64,000 nt of DNA from a virus: positions 5,521 to 69,520 of IMG/VR virus record IMGVR_UViG_3300046163_000033; one strand, written 5' to 3'. The notes under the pieces are model-generated. The model searched no databases. It worked only from the letters and a program-made list of their open reading frames with translations, and had not been told where the DNA came from. Position 1 is the first letter of the stretch, and the number at the start of each line of letters is the position of its first letter. This document shows positions 52,438 through 63,515 of the stretch, one piece after another. The translations under genes were made by a program, and so were the position numbers.

Positions 52438-55146
52438 TTATTTGTTTTCTAATTCTTTTACTCTAACTTCTAACTCTTGTATTGCTTTAACTAATATTGG
52501 AACAAGTACTGAATATTTTAATGATTTTATTCTATCACCTTGTGGATTTAAATCGTCTTCTACTAATCCAGGAAAAACCTTTTCAGTTTCTTGTGCTATT
52601 AATCCTATTTGTTTTAAATCATCTCCTATAAAATTAAAGTTTTTTACTTTTAATTTTTTAACATCTTCTAACTTAGGTGTTGCATCAGTAATATTTTCTT
52701 TTATAGTTTCATCTGAATACTGACCGTAAGAATTATTTCTGTTTCTCAGGTTACCATTTAAATTACATAGTAACATATTTGTATCAGATCCAGATGTTGG
52801 AGCAGCTTGAAAAACCAAATGATAACCACCAGCATTCATTGAAGCAGATGTGTATGATAATAAACCTGTTGGGTTACTTACACCATTAAGATTGTTTTTA
52901 ATACCAATACCACTTGAGGTATTTATTTGTATATTTAATTTACCACCTATATTACCTGAGTTAAAACCTATACCTACATCTTGAAGAAAATAACCATTTT
53001 GCCCAGATAATGTTCCAACAAGTGTTAAAGCATTTATATTACTTGTGCTAGCAAAATCCCCATAGTATGTTGTGTTTGTATCATAGTATCTTGGTGCTGT
53101 AACATCGTGAGTTGATATAATTGTTCTTTCGCTTGTCCAAAATTCAAAAGGCCCTCTCTGTACATTACCCTCTAATCTTGAATATCTTGGAGATCCCCAA
53201 AAAGGAATTGCAATTATTGTATTATAATAATTTGCACCATTACCGTGGTTACCTATGTAATAATTATGCCAACCGCTAAATCCTGAAAATGAACCTGAGC
53301 TTTGATAAAAAGTAAAAGTGCTGTTTCCATATCCGGTAATAACAACATTGTTAGCATTAGTTGCTGTTGTAGCTAAAGTTGCTGTTGCTGAATTACCTGT
53401 ACATGATCCAGAAGAACCAGTTACATTACCAGTTACATTACCGGTGAGATTACCTGAAAAATTACTTGTAGCTGTTATAATTGATGCTTTAAATTGTTCA
53501 TAAGCATTACCAGGATTATTTCTAACAGCTATTGTACCGTTTGCTTCAATTGTTATTGATGATGCAACTACACCTCCCCAATGCCAAGATATTCTAGGTG
53601 GAGTTCCGCTTGTGCCACTTGAAGAAGCCATTAGTTCTATAGCCGCAGTACTATAACTTGTGCTTGTACTTGAAGGGTAAAACGTTGTGTTACCTGTTAT
53701 TGATTGATTACCTGTTGTTCTTATAACAGTGCTATCTACTGACAAAGTACCTGTTGATGTAATTGTTCCCCCTGTAAGTCCTGAACCTGTAGCAACTGAA
53801 GTTACTCCACTTGACTGAACAGGGTTAGGTAAGTTAACAGAATCCCAAACTGTTCTCCAACCTTGCCATGTTCCACTATTTTTACCTCTTACGGCTATTT
53901 CACCTGTTCTAAAATTACTAAATATCTGAGAAACCCAAGATGAATTATATGCAGCAACAAAAAGCCCTCCGTCGGCATAACCAGCGGCTGAAGAAGTGTG
54001 TATGTAACCAGACATGTTAGACGTAGCGGAATCTACAGCAATACCATTAGTATTATTTCTAGATGTAAAAGTAGGTCCACTAAATTGAGTTGTAGCTGTT
54101 ACGGTTACAGCTGGACCTGAAGCATTAGTTAAACTTATACCTGTACCTGCAACTAAAGAAGTTACTCCACTTCCACTAGGAAGATTTGAATCGTTCCAAT
54201 ATTTTTTCCAACCTTGAAAAGTACCATTCTGAAGATTTTGTGTATATATATCACCAGTACCACTACCAGTCATTTTAATCGCTAACGTATTACTATAGTA
54301 AGTGGTTGGATTACCATGTCCTAATCGTAAAGTTGTGTACCAATCTCCAGTTGGAGCTTCCGTTGTTCCTAAACCAGATGCTTGCCAATATTGTGCTGCA
54401 TCACTAGGTGTTCCTCTATTAGTATCTAAATAACCTGATGCACCTGTAACACTTGTTTGAACTATATTTGGAGCTGAGTTTGTTATTGTTATATTAGGTG
54501 TAGTAGTACTATTTGCAACAGAAGCCGTTATGCCTGTGCCTGCTGTTACAGCTACTGAAGTTACTGTTCCTCCAGATCCTGGATGAGCGTCAACATAAGC
54601 TTTGTTAGCAGCATCAGTGCTATCGGTAACTGTATCAACGCCTTGTATTCTACCTGTGCCTCCTAAAGTTATATCACCTCCTGAAACAGTAAAATCTCCA
54701 GCTATAGTAACATTTCCAGAACCATCAAAAGATTGTTGTACAACATTATTGTGTTTAAATTCAATATAATCCGGTGTGGCTTCTCTATAAAATATTCCGT
54801 AAGTTGTGGCATTAGCAAGTATAACCATAGGTACAGTAGCACCAGGAACATAGTTAATCCCAAAACCAGTTGCACTTGTTGTAAAACCTGAAAAAGTTGC
54901 AGTTGTTCCAGTTAAAGCACCCCCAACAGTAAATGATATACCAGAAGCTGTAGCCGTAGCACCTGTAAGTGTACCACCAGCTAAAGGTAGGTATGCACCT
55001 ACAATATCACTTTGTGGTATCCAAGTCGGTGCTGCATTACCATTTGATTTTAATATCTGTCCAGCCGTACCATGATTGCCGTTAAATTGTACAGCACCTG
55101 TAGAGTGAACGTCAAATATCCCATTTATATTAGATAATGATGCCAT
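52438..55146 (-). CDS. Tail fibre with C-terminal peptidase S74 chaperone
   Basis: GxWxxWxxxWDS fibre repeats; SDETIKENI...GLIAQET...LVKAIQEL. Confidence 0.8.
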   Translation of the reverse strand: MASLSNINGIFDVHSTGAVQFNGNHGTAGQILKSNGNAAPTWIPQSDIVGAYLPLAGGTLTGATATASGISFTVGGALTGTTATFSGFTTSATGFGINYVPGATVPMVILANATTYGIFYREATPDYIEFKHNNVVQQSFDGSGNVTIAGDFTVSGGDITLGGTGRIQGVDTVTDSTDAANKAYVDAHPGSGGTVTSVAVTAGTGITASVANSTTTPNITITNSAPNIVQTSVTGASGYLDTNRGTPSDAAQYWQASGLGTTEAPTGDWYTTLRLGHGNPTTYYSNTLAIKMTGSGTGDIYTQNLQNGTFQGWKKYWNDSNLPSGSGVTSLVAGTGISLTNASGPAVTVTATTQFSGPTFTSRNNTNGIAVDSATSNMSGYIHTSSAAGYADGGLFVAAYNSSWVSQIFSNFRTGEIAVRGKNSGTWQGWRTVWDSVNLPNPVQSSGVTSVATGSGLTGGTITSTGTLSVDSTVIRTTGNQSITGNTTFYPSSTSTSYSTAAIELMASSSGTSGTPPRISWHWGGVVASSITIEANGTIAVRNNPGNAYEQFKASIITATSNFSGNLTGNVTGNVTGSSGSCTGNSATATLATTATNANNVVITGYGNSTFTFYQSSGSFSGFSGWHNYYIGNHGNGANYYNTIIAIPFWGSPRYSRLEGNVQRGPFEFWTSERTIISTHDVTAPRYYDTNTTYYGDFASTSNINALTLVGTLSGQNGYFLQDVGIGFNSGNIGGKLNIQINTSSGIGIKNNLNGVSNPTGLLSYTSASMNAGGYHLVFQAAPTSGSDTNMLLCNLNGNLRNRNNSYGQYSDETIKENITDATPKLEDVKKLKVKNFNFIGDDLKQIGLIAQETEKVFPGLVEDDLNPQGDRIKSLKYSVLVPILVKAIQELEVRVKELENK

Positions 55147-55155
55147 TTATTTTAT

Positions 55156-57279
55156 TTATCCTATTAAGTAGCCATAAAAATGACCCTCAGTATTTACTAT
55201 TTGAAATGATCCAGCGTTAGCATAACCCCATAACTCTATATAATCACCTGCAGCTAATGGCATAACAACACTTCCGTTAATACCAAACCAATCATTAACA
55301 TCATTATCTACTCCACCACCTCTAAATCTGTAAGAAGTTCCTACACCGTTTTTTCGAATATATATAGCCATGTATACTGTAACACCAGTGTTTATTTTAC
55401 AAGTGTTATTTGTGCCAATTAAATAATTTCCTGCTATAGGCGCTGTAAATCTATAGTTTGTTGTATCATAATTACTATTTGCATCTACTTGCTCACTACT
55501 ATAAGCAATTTTTACTTCTGTAGTACCAACAGAAACACCAGGTGTAACAGTACTAGCAGAAAAAGCACAACTAGTAGGTTTTGTAACATTGCCGTCAGTA
55601 TTTATAACCATGCGTTGAGCCATGTCTGCCGCAGAACTTGGTTGTGTATAAAAAGCTAAACCTCCTCCATATGTACCATTTCCAGCATTTTTTATACCAT
55701 ATATACCACCTGTTACCCTTAAATCGGCGCTACCTGACCACCATTTCTGAGCAAAATTTATTCCATTACCAAGCACACCTGGTGATGCAGCTGCGCTTGA
55801 ATGACTTTCTATCCTTATTGAATTTTCTCCATTAGCTAATGAAGGAGTGGCTGGCCCTGATACGGTTAATTTACTATTAGGACTAGTCGTATTAATCCCG
55901 ACGTTGCCACCGTTAAACCACGAATTACCTTCGGTAAATATTCTTACTTTTTCAACACCTTCGTTAATTAATTGAAGTATAGTGTCATCAGCTCCGGTTG
56001 CTGAAGATCCTGTACCTATTGAAACTATTTTATCGCCACCTTTATCTAATTGAATAATTGCTCGACCTTGATCTGCATCTAAATGTAAAATTCTTTCAGG
56101 CGAAATCGTTCCTATCCCGACGTTACCGTTATAGTTAACTCTCATTCTAATTTCTGGAGCAGCACTTCCTGTAGATAGGGTTTTTGTGTAAAAATCTATA
56201 GTACTTCCCGATGTAGAAACTGAATCTCCTTGTTGAGTAAAAGCTATTTTACTTTGCTCTGTTTTTGTTGAATTTTGATAAGTTCTTGAATAATGTGTTA
56301 TAGCGGTACCAAAACCAGTATAACCAACGCTAGGATGTTCACTTGTTAAATACATTAAGTTAACAGGTGCGGTTCTACTAGTGGTCGCTGAAACTGTTCT
56401 TTCTAATTGCAACCTAACTAAAGGTGAAGTCGTTCCTATTCCTACGTAGCCGGTATCTTTAATAAACATTAAACTTGAACCATCTCCATCTTTAAATTGA
56501 AAGCTTCTAATTGATTGGTTATTGTCTGAATCTATGGTTATAGCTCCTGATTCTCTAAAATTAATTTCAGCAAAATCTCCTATTAAAAAATTTATTGCAG
56601 ATCCATATAATCCAATGTTACCATTATTTTCTACATGAGCTTTTTCACTACCTGCCTCGTTATAAACAACAAAACTTTTAGCGGTTGTTGCACCTAAATA
56701 TCCTTCAATTGTATTAGCTATTTTTAGTTCAATTAATGCTGTGCCAGGAGCATTTCTATTAAGACTTAATATAGTTCCAGATCCTGAAAAAATTGCTGTT
56801 GTTCCTGTAACACTTCCTGCAAAAGTTGAGTTTTGTGATGAGTCTAAAGTTAAAGCTGCTAATCCACTAGCGCCTGTTGCAATAACCAAAGCATTGTTTT
56901 CTGTACCATATATAATCCCTAAGTCTCCTTGATTTACATTTGACCAAGTAATAGCAGGTCTAGATGCTCCAGAACCTTTAACTACTAACCCTGTATAATT
57001 AGAAACACCATCAATAAGTACAGTTCCTGCAAAAGTTGCATCACCACCACTAGATATAACTAATCTTCCACTTGCAGCCGCATCATCATATATTTGAAAA
57101 TTACCAGATGTGTCTGATAAAATAGAGTAAACTTTACCACTACCACCTGAATTTTTTAATTTAATACCTGAATTAGTTCCACCTATTTCCAAAGCATAAG
57201 AAGCTGCATCTGTATTTATACCAACTCTAAGATTCGATGAAACTCGTAATACGTTATTTATATTTGATAAGTTTGCCAT
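55156..57279 (-). CDS. Tail fibre/receptor-binding protein with C1q-like C-terminus
   Basis: GNVGIGTxSP repeats; NYDTTNYRFTAPIAGNY...GSVVMPLAAGDYIEL. Confidence 0.75.
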   Translation of the reverse strand: MANLSNINNVLRVSSNLRVGINTDAASYALEIGGTNSGIKLKNSGGSGKVYSILSDTSGNFQIYDDAAASGRLVISSGGDATFAGTVLIDGVSNYTGLVVKGSGASRPAITWSNVNQGDLGIIYGTENNALVIATGASGLAALTLDSSQNSTFAGSVTGTTAIFSGSGTILSLNRNAPGTALIELKIANTIEGYLGATTAKSFVVYNEAGSEKAHVENNGNIGLYGSAINFLIGDFAEINFRESGAITIDSDNNQSIRSFQFKDGDGSSLMFIKDTGYVGIGTTSPLVRLQLERTVSATTSRTAPVNLMYLTSEHPSVGYTGFGTAITHYSRTYQNSTKTEQSKIAFTQQGDSVSTSGSTIDFYTKTLSTGSAAPEIRMRVNYNGNVGIGTISPERILHLDADQGRAIIQLDKGGDKIVSIGTGSSATGADDTILQLINEGVEKVRIFTEGNSWFNGGNVGINTTSPNSKLTVSGPATPSLANGENSIRIESHSSAAASPGVLGNGINFAQKWWSGSADLRVTGGIYGIKNAGNGTYGGGLAFYTQPSSAADMAQRMVINTDGNVTKPTSCAFSASTVTPGVSVGTTEVKIAYSSEQVDANSNYDTTNYRFTAPIAGNYLIGTNNTCKINTGVTVYMAIYIRKNGVGTSYRFRGGGVDNDVNDWFGINGSVVMPLAAGDYIELWGYANAGSFQIVNTEGHFYGYLIG

Positions 57280-57282
57280 AAT

Positions 57283-59037
57283 TTATGCTCCAATTCTTTT
57301 TAAATCAAATTTTAATATTTTTCCACCTGCATTTTGTAAATTAGTGTATGTGTATGAGCTTTGCCACTGAAGCTTAGACAACGCTCCTGAAGTGCCTAAT
57401 TCTTGGGTTATTCTAATTGAAGGTATAACACCTGTAGCGTGACCAGTGCCTAACATAGGTGGGAAATTAAACGCGGTGACTCTATTAGTTCCTATTGTAC
57501 TCCAGTAGAAATTAGTAGATGCAGCATATGTATAATAATTAGCACCACCGGCCGTGAAATCTTCTATATAAGCTACTATAATATAAATACCGCTTTGAGT
57601 TAAGGTAGCACTAGTAGCAAATGTATACCAAGTGTTAGCGGAATAATTACCAACAACTTGATACGAAAGTTGATTGTAGATACTGCCTCTATATCTAACC
57701 GTGCCATTAATATCTAATTTAGCTGTGGGTGAATCCGTTCCGATCCCGACATCGCCGTTATTTAATATCCACATTCTACCTGTAACACCGGAAACAGTTA
57801 AATCAGTTGTGTTAGGGTTAGTTCCTAAAACTAAAGCACCTGCATAAGCCGCTGTGGAAGTTCTTCCATGCCAAATAGCTGATTGTACCCAGTCGTAAGC
57901 TTTAAAACAAATCCCCGCTCTAGCTTGCGATTGGTCATTGTTGTGAACTTCTATTCCACGAAAAACATCACTGCCACCATCCTCTCTAACATTAAGTTTT
58001 TGATCAGGTGTAGTTTCTCCGATACCTACGTTACCATTGCCTCTAATAATAAAAACATTTGTTGAATCTTGATGACGTATTAAAAACTGTTGATAATAAG
58101 TCATTACATCAGCACTCTGGTTATTAACTACGCTGCTTTTATAATACCAAGAATGGTAATCATCAGGATATGTATGAATCCTTTTATTGCCATCTGTGGC
58201 CGCGGTAGTTAAGCCTATACTGCCATTAACTTGTAAAGTTTTTGTTGGCGAAGTCGTTCCAATACCTAAATTTCCATCTGATTTTAAATATAATGGCACT
58301 GAACTTCCTTGTCTTATTCTAAAATTACTTGTTGAAGCTAAATCTAAAGAAAATAAATTTGATGTTATGCCAAAAACCCCACTACCATTATCATTTCTTA
58401 TTTGTAGTATATCAGAAGAAGCTCCACCATCAAAAATACCTCTTCCTTCTACGTGTAATTTTTGTTCAGGCGAATCCGTTCCGATTCCTACGTTGCCGCC
58501 TTCTAAAATAGTAAATTTATCTGAATACGAACCAGCTGTAAATCTTGTTATAATATATTTATTAGCTGTTGTAGCATATACACCCCATCCATCATCAGTA
58601 GTATCTCCTTCAATTAATATTATTCCAGTGTTTCCTCCAGCAGAACTTCTTACTGTTAAAGCTGCATTTCCTGATTGACTTTTTCCAATTCCGACGTTTC
58701 CAGCGCTGTCTAATTGCATTGTTAGTACTGGTGTCGCAACTGTTCCCGCATTTCCTGTTGCAAACCTGTTAAAATTAATATTGCCTCCAGAGCCAAAATA
58801 AACCTGGCTAGCGTATCCAGCGCTTCTTAGATACCATGCCCCGTTATAATATATGTTGTCCGCAAGCCAAGCATTATTAACTGAATAAGATTGTAGTTCT
58901 AATGATCCAGCTTTTATACTTGAATTTGATGTTGATGGAGCAACTTCTAATTTAGTAACAGGCCCAGTAACATTGATTCCTACATTACCTCCAGTTGTTA
59001 CTAGGAACTTATTATTTATATTAGATAAATTAGCCAT
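57283..59037 (-). CDS. Tail fibre/receptor-binding protein
   Basis: Six G[ND][VL]GI-type beta repeats (e.g. GNVGIGTDSP, GNLGIGTTSP). Confidence 0.75.
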   Translation of the reverse strand: MANLSNINNKFLVTTGGNVGINVTGPVTKLEVAPSTSNSSIKAGSLELQSYSVNNAWLADNIYYNGAWYLRSAGYASQVYFGSGGNINFNRFATGNAGTVATPVLTMQLDSAGNVGIGKSQSGNAALTVRSSAGGNTGIILIEGDTTDDGWGVYATTANKYIITRFTAGSYSDKFTILEGGNVGIGTDSPEQKLHVEGRGIFDGGASSDILQIRNDNGSGVFGITSNLFSLDLASTSNFRIRQGSSVPLYLKSDGNLGIGTTSPTKTLQVNGSIGLTTAATDGNKRIHTYPDDYHSWYYKSSVVNNQSADVMTYYQQFLIRHQDSTNVFIIRGNGNVGIGETTPDQKLNVREDGGSDVFRGIEVHNNDQSQARAGICFKAYDWVQSAIWHGRTSTAAYAGALVLGTNPNTTDLTVSGVTGRMWILNNGDVGIGTDSPTAKLDINGTVRYRGSIYNQLSYQVVGNYSANTWYTFATSATLTQSGIYIIVAYIEDFTAGGANYYTYAASTNFYWSTIGTNRVTAFNFPPMLGTGHATGVIPSIRITQELGTSGALSKLQWQSSYTYTNLQNAGGKILKFDLKRIGA

Positions 59038-59046
59038 ATATTATTG

Positions 59047-62000
59047 TTATGATGTATATCTAGTTACAGCAGTTGCTCCTTGACCGACTTGAATTGTATA
59101 ATGTATATCTTGAGTTGTAGTTGCGGCAATTTCACACTTAACAGTATCACCACCTACACCTTGACCATCATTAGTAAAAGTAACTACATAGTCACCGTTT
59201 GTAGCAGCGCCACTATCTATTATTTTATTGTAAGTTGGACCTGTATTTAATATGTGTGCTACAGTGTATTTTTTACAAGAATATCCAGAGGTTGCAGATG
59301 TTAAATAAACATCAAAAATTAAAGCTCCAGTTGTTGTTCTTGTTAATCTAAATAATGTGGCTGCAGCAGCTCCACCAGTAAAACTTTTGCTTCCAGTAAA
59401 AGTTCCACTATTACCACCACCATGTATTATATTACCATCAACAGTTAAGTTACCGTCGATTTCTACGTTACCTGCAAAAGTTGCATTTTGTGTGCCTCCA
59501 ATAGTTAACGCTAAAGTTGGTGTGCTTCCTGTACTTATTCTAAAATCTCCTGCTGTACTAATTTCTGCACCAGTTACATTGTTTTCTGGTGTTATAAAAG
59601 AATTAGCAGAATATTTTAATTTTTTTCCTGCAGCAATACTAATGTCTTCTGTAAAAGTTCCACCACCTGTTACACTAACACCTGTACTTGTTGTTTCAAA
59701 CTTTAACGAATTATCATAATATAATTTTACTGCACCATCAGTAACAAATCTTGCCATATACTCAGAAGAACCTTTATTTATCTGTACTTCTGTTCCATCA
59801 CTTTGTATACTTAAAACCCCTGTACCACTTTCATTTATATAACTATTACTACCATCGTGGTATATCTGTAAATCTGAACCACCTCCAAATGTTGCCATTA
59901 CATTATCTTGGAAGTTTTGCATTTTATAATTAATAGTAAAACCAACAGCTCCATTGACTTCAAAATAAGTAGCAATACCTCCAGAACCATTATCTGACTG
60001 AAATGTAATATTTTTATCATCTGCAAGTTGTCTTAAATATAAATGTCCAGTGTTATTATCAATAAAAGAATTTGTGGTATTGTGATATATTTTAAGATCA
60101 TCAGAAGTACCAAATTTAGCTTTTATATCATCATCCCACTTTACATCTTTTAAAAACCTACTTTGACTTTGACTACCATCTAATTGAAAATAAGTAGCTA
60201 AACCACCAGAGCCATCGTCACTTCTAAATATTATATCGCTATCGTCAGCGGAATTCTGTATATACAAATGACCACTTGTATTACTTATTCTCCCGAAATT
60301 ACCAGCACTATTGTAATCTATAACTAAATCAGAGTTAGTACCAAGATTTATAGATTGATCATCAGCCATTATAATATTATTAGCACCTGATGTATTACCA
60401 ACATCTAAAACCGCTGACAAAGATCTTGCGGGGTCTAATGTTAAGATACTAGATATTGTAGCTTGTTTAAGTACATCTGAGTTTTCACTATCATTTATAA
60501 GTATAGTATCAGCAGCTACAGGATTTGTTTTAACTGTAGCTAAATGTACTAAGTTGTTTGTATCAGAAGTTACAGCTATTGTAGGGACAGCACTTGTACC
60601 AGCTACAGTTATACCATATAAACCAGTTACACCTGTTACTGTACCAACCGTTGGTGTTGTCCATGTGTTTGCTACATTTACTCCACCTCCAGATGTTAAT
60701 ACTTGCCCAGCTGTACCATAGCTAGAACCTAGTGATAAACCTTTAGCTAATATTAAATTTTCATTTAATGTAACGTTACCTAAAAATGAAGATACATCAG
60801 CGCTTGTGTTACCAAATGTGTTGTTACCTTGCGTTGTAAAGTTTATGGTATCGGCTATAGTAACTACACTACCGTTATCTGTTATATTAGAATTACCTAT
60901 TGTTTGATTAGTTAACCATTTAGTCATAGTATTAGGCGTACCTGTACCACCAGCTAAACTTGAGTTATCTATTTTTTGCCATTCATCTACTCCACCACCA
61001 GCACCATCATCTGCAAATATTACCCAGTCTCTAACATCCCAGTCATTAGGTGGGTTACCAGCTCCATTTGGAGCAGCTGTACCTGCAGTATCACAAATAT
61101 AAAAATGACCATTTACTTTATAGCTTGCTTGTGTTAAATCAGGTGTACCACCTCCAGTACCAGCAGCACTCCAAACACCTTGATAAACTAAACCTTGAGG
61201 TAAATTTGTTATTTGCCCTTGTAGTTTTTCTAAAGCTTCTATAATACTATCGCCATTAGCAACAGATCCACTAGTAGCATTAAAGCCAGATAGTTCTTTG
61301 TTGTATACAACACTGTCTGATATGGTTGAAACTAAAGGAACATTACCACCGCTAGTGTAAGTTACACCAGCAGCAACAGTATCACCTGACATAGAAACTG
61401 TACCTGCTGCAGCTAAAGCCGTAGCTGTATCTGCATTACCTTGTAAAGGTCCAACAAAAACAGTTGATGATATACTTGCGTAGCCTGTATATGCACCAGA
61501 TGATCCAGTAAATGTACCGTCTGTTAATACGCCACCAACTTCTAGTTCACCACCTATAGCTACTTTACCAGTTGCGCCACCTGCAAATGTAAAACCTGCA
61601 GCACCAGTTATAGTTTGAGCACCATCCCAATATGTAACTTGATTAGCAGCACCTGTACCTGTTACAGAGGTTCCAGATAAGCTAATTAAAACTTCTTTAT
61701 TTGCATTATTCCAAGAGGTTGATATATTAGTATCACCTTTAAAATGTATTTGATTACCGTTTGCAACCGTATAAGGACTACCACTTCCACTGTCAGCCTC
61801 TACTAACCATGAGTATGGTGTTGGATTTGGATCATCTATCCAATTAGTACCTGACGCACCTGTTGAAGAAAGTATTTGACCAGCAGTACCAGTATCTCCA
61901 CTTGAATCAGTGTAGCTGTTAGTATTCACTATACCATTTAATGTACCTATACCTGTAGCTTCAAAAGCACCACTTACTTTAGCACCACCTAATAATGTCT

Positions 62001-62793
62001 CTAATCTTTTACCTGTACCAAACTGTAGTTCAACACCAGCTGTGCCGTTTAAGTTTAATTTTTTAGTAGTAGCAGTTGCTGATATATCTATATCACCAGA
62101 GCTATTTGATATTGTAGTTTTACCAAGTGTATTAAGTATTTTTAAATCAGTCCCATCATGCTCTATTGTAGCATCGGCTCCAGTTCCTAGTATAACTTTT
62201 GATGTATCTGTAAAAGTAACGTCATCTCCTGCGGATACAATTATATCTTTACCACCAGTTACTTGTCCTGCGATAAGAGTTTGAGCCAATGTTTCAGGGT
62301 TAGGTGTTGTTGCTATGTAGTCAACAATAGCTTTAGTTGTAGCTAATTTAATATCATCACCAGGTGCTGTCAGTGAAGTTACTATAGATGTTATAGCTGG
62401 AGTGGCACTACCTACTTTCAAACTGGTTAAAGTACCTAAGCTAGTTATATTTGGTTGTGCATTTGTTTGAAGCGTACCTGTTATTCTTGTCGATGTGAAG
62501 TCTGTAAAGTTTTGACCCACACCACCTACTATAGATGCAACACCTGTGTTGAATGTGTTAGCATATACGGTTTGTGCTGGATCTTGAATAGTACCAAGTA
62601 TAATATCTCTTCCTACTGCTATGTTACCATTGTTTAAAACATCTTGCAGGTTGTTACCAGTTACTGTTACAAGGTCAATTATGCTTTGAACAGTAAAATT
62701 TCTTGTTGCTTTGCCTGTGTTATCTACATCTGTACCTAAAACTAAGTCATTTAAACTAGGCGTTACTGTTGGGTATGAATATATTATTGCCAT
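59047..62793 (-). CDS. Long tail fibre protein
   Basis: G/T-rich; repeated DLxIYHxxxNSxI and DxxIxFxSDxGSGGxATYF units; GTAGQxLxS repeats. Confidence 0.75.
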   Translation of the reverse strand: MAIIYSYPTVTPSLNDLVLGTDVDNTGKATRNFTVQSIIDLVTVTGNNLQDVLNNGNIAVGRDIILGTIQDPAQTVYANTFNTGVASIVGGVGQNFTDFTSTRITGTLQTNAQPNITSLGTLTSLKVGSATPAITSIVTSLTAPGDDIKLATTKAIVDYIATTPNPETLAQTLIAGQVTGGKDIIVSAGDDVTFTDTSKVILGTGADATIEHDGTDLKILNTLGKTTISNSSGDIDISATATTKKLNLNGTAGVELQFGTGKRLETLLGGAKVSGAFEATGIGTLNGIVNTNSYTDSSGDTGTAGQILSSTGASGTNWIDDPNPTPYSWLVEADSGSGSPYTVANGNQIHFKGDTNISTSWNNANKEVLISLSGTSVTGTGAANQVTYWDGAQTITGAAGFTFAGGATGKVAIGGELEVGGVLTDGTFTGSSGAYTGYASISSTVFVGPLQGNADTATALAAAGTVSMSGDTVAAGVTYTSGGNVPLVSTISDSVVYNKELSGFNATSGSVANGDSIIEALEKLQGQITNLPQGLVYQGVWSAAGTGGGTPDLTQASYKVNGHFYICDTAGTAAPNGAGNPPNDWDVRDWVIFADDGAGGGVDEWQKIDNSSLAGGTGTPNTMTKWLTNQTIGNSNITDNGSVVTIADTINFTTQGNNTFGNTSADVSSFLGNVTLNENLILAKGLSLGSSYGTAGQVLTSGGGVNVANTWTTPTVGTVTGVTGLYGITVAGTSAVPTIAVTSDTNNLVHLATVKTNPVAADTILINDSENSDVLKQATISSILTLDPARSLSAVLDVGNTSGANNIIMADDQSINLGTNSDLVIDYNSAGNFGRISNTSGHLYIQNSADDSDIIFRSDDGSGGLATYFQLDGSQSQSRFLKDVKWDDDIKAKFGTSDDLKIYHNTTNSFIDNNTGHLYLRQLADDKNITFQSDNGSGGIATYFEVNGAVGFTINYKMQNFQDNVMATFGGGSDLQIYHDGSNSYINESGTGVLSIQSDGTEVQINKGSSEYMARFVTDGAVKLYYDNSLKFETTSTGVSVTGGGTFTEDISIAAGKKLKYSANSFITPENNVTGAEISTAGDFRISTGSTPTLALTIGGTQNATFAGNVEIDGNLTVDGNIIHGGGNSGTFTGSKSFTGGAAAATLFRLTRTTTGALIFDVYLTSATSGYSCKKYTVAHILNTGPTYNKIIDSGAATNGDYVVTFTNDGQGVGGDTVKCEIAATTTQDIHYTIQVGQGATAVTRYTS

Positions 62794-63443
62794 TATATTA
62801 GTTTTGAAATTGTTAATGATGCATTAGGTGTATCTGTAAACCCTGCAGTGTTATTCAGCACTTTATATAGTGTTCCTGAATCAGCACCACCTGCATCTCG
62901 TACCATTTGGAACTCATAAAACGTTCCACCCGCTGATATATGTACAATATCTTCTATTACCATTCTTAACCTGTCGTTTGACCCGTTAGATGTAACATCG
63001 TGAAGATTAGTTTGCCCAACTTGTGTGGTATTATCTTTAAATGTTCTAAATAAGAGTAAAGGCTTGTTGTTTAAGGTAGCACCTATAGAATATTCTTGCT
63101 TTATATAGTAAGTTCCTGTAGTTGTGAAGGTAACTTTACCATTAGCGTCTATTTTTACGTTACCTGGCGTAGGAATTTGTGCTGCACCGAATAATATTGT
63201 GTATATGCTGTTAGTTGCTGCTGGTCCTTGCGAAGCTATTAACTGTGCTGTCGCATTAGTATCAGACGTTGCTACTAATTGTTCTGTAAACTGCTGATCA
63301 ACCAGCGTTTTTATCGATGTGAATGTGTATTGTACCGTGGGATTGCCAACTACTGCTGTTCCGGTCGCGTCATACGTGTTAGATCCCAGCACTTGATCCA
63401 CTAATTGTGGTGTAGATACGGGATATGAAGAGATTATTGCCAT
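62793..63443 (-). CDS. Tail fibre-related structural protein; first gene of the late arm
   Basis: Shares the MAIIxSYP N-terminus with two fibres; TNF/C1q-like beta C-terminus. Confidence 0.6.
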   Translation of the reverse strand: MAIISSYPVSTPQLVDQVLGSNTYDATGTAVVGNPTVQYTFTSIKTLVDQQFTEQLVATSDTNATAQLIASQGPAATNSIYTILFGAAQIPTPGNVKIDANGKVTFTTTGTYYIKQEYSIGATLNNKPLLLFRTFKDNTTQVGQTNLHDVTSNGSNDRLRMVIEDIVHISAGGTFYEFQMVRDAGGADSGTLYKVLNNTAGFTDTPNASLTISKLI

Positions 63444-63503
63444 ATATTGTTTTTTTTTATTGCATTATGGAAAACAGACTCCTGGTGAAGCGTGCTTGAT
63501 TAG

Positions 63504-63515
63504 TAATATTACACG
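63504..63515 (-). promoter_or_regulatory. Candidate phage promoter motif CGTGTAATATTA heading the late arm
   Basis: 60 bp upstream of the first late gene, preceded by AAAAA. Confidence 0.5.

Noticed and set aside
3520-62637. Numerous short antisense or alternate-frame ORFs in the track (e.g. 3520-3738, 18116-18436, 32713-33081, 58187-58678)
   Set aside because: They are shadows of long genuine genes, with no motifs or plausible start context.
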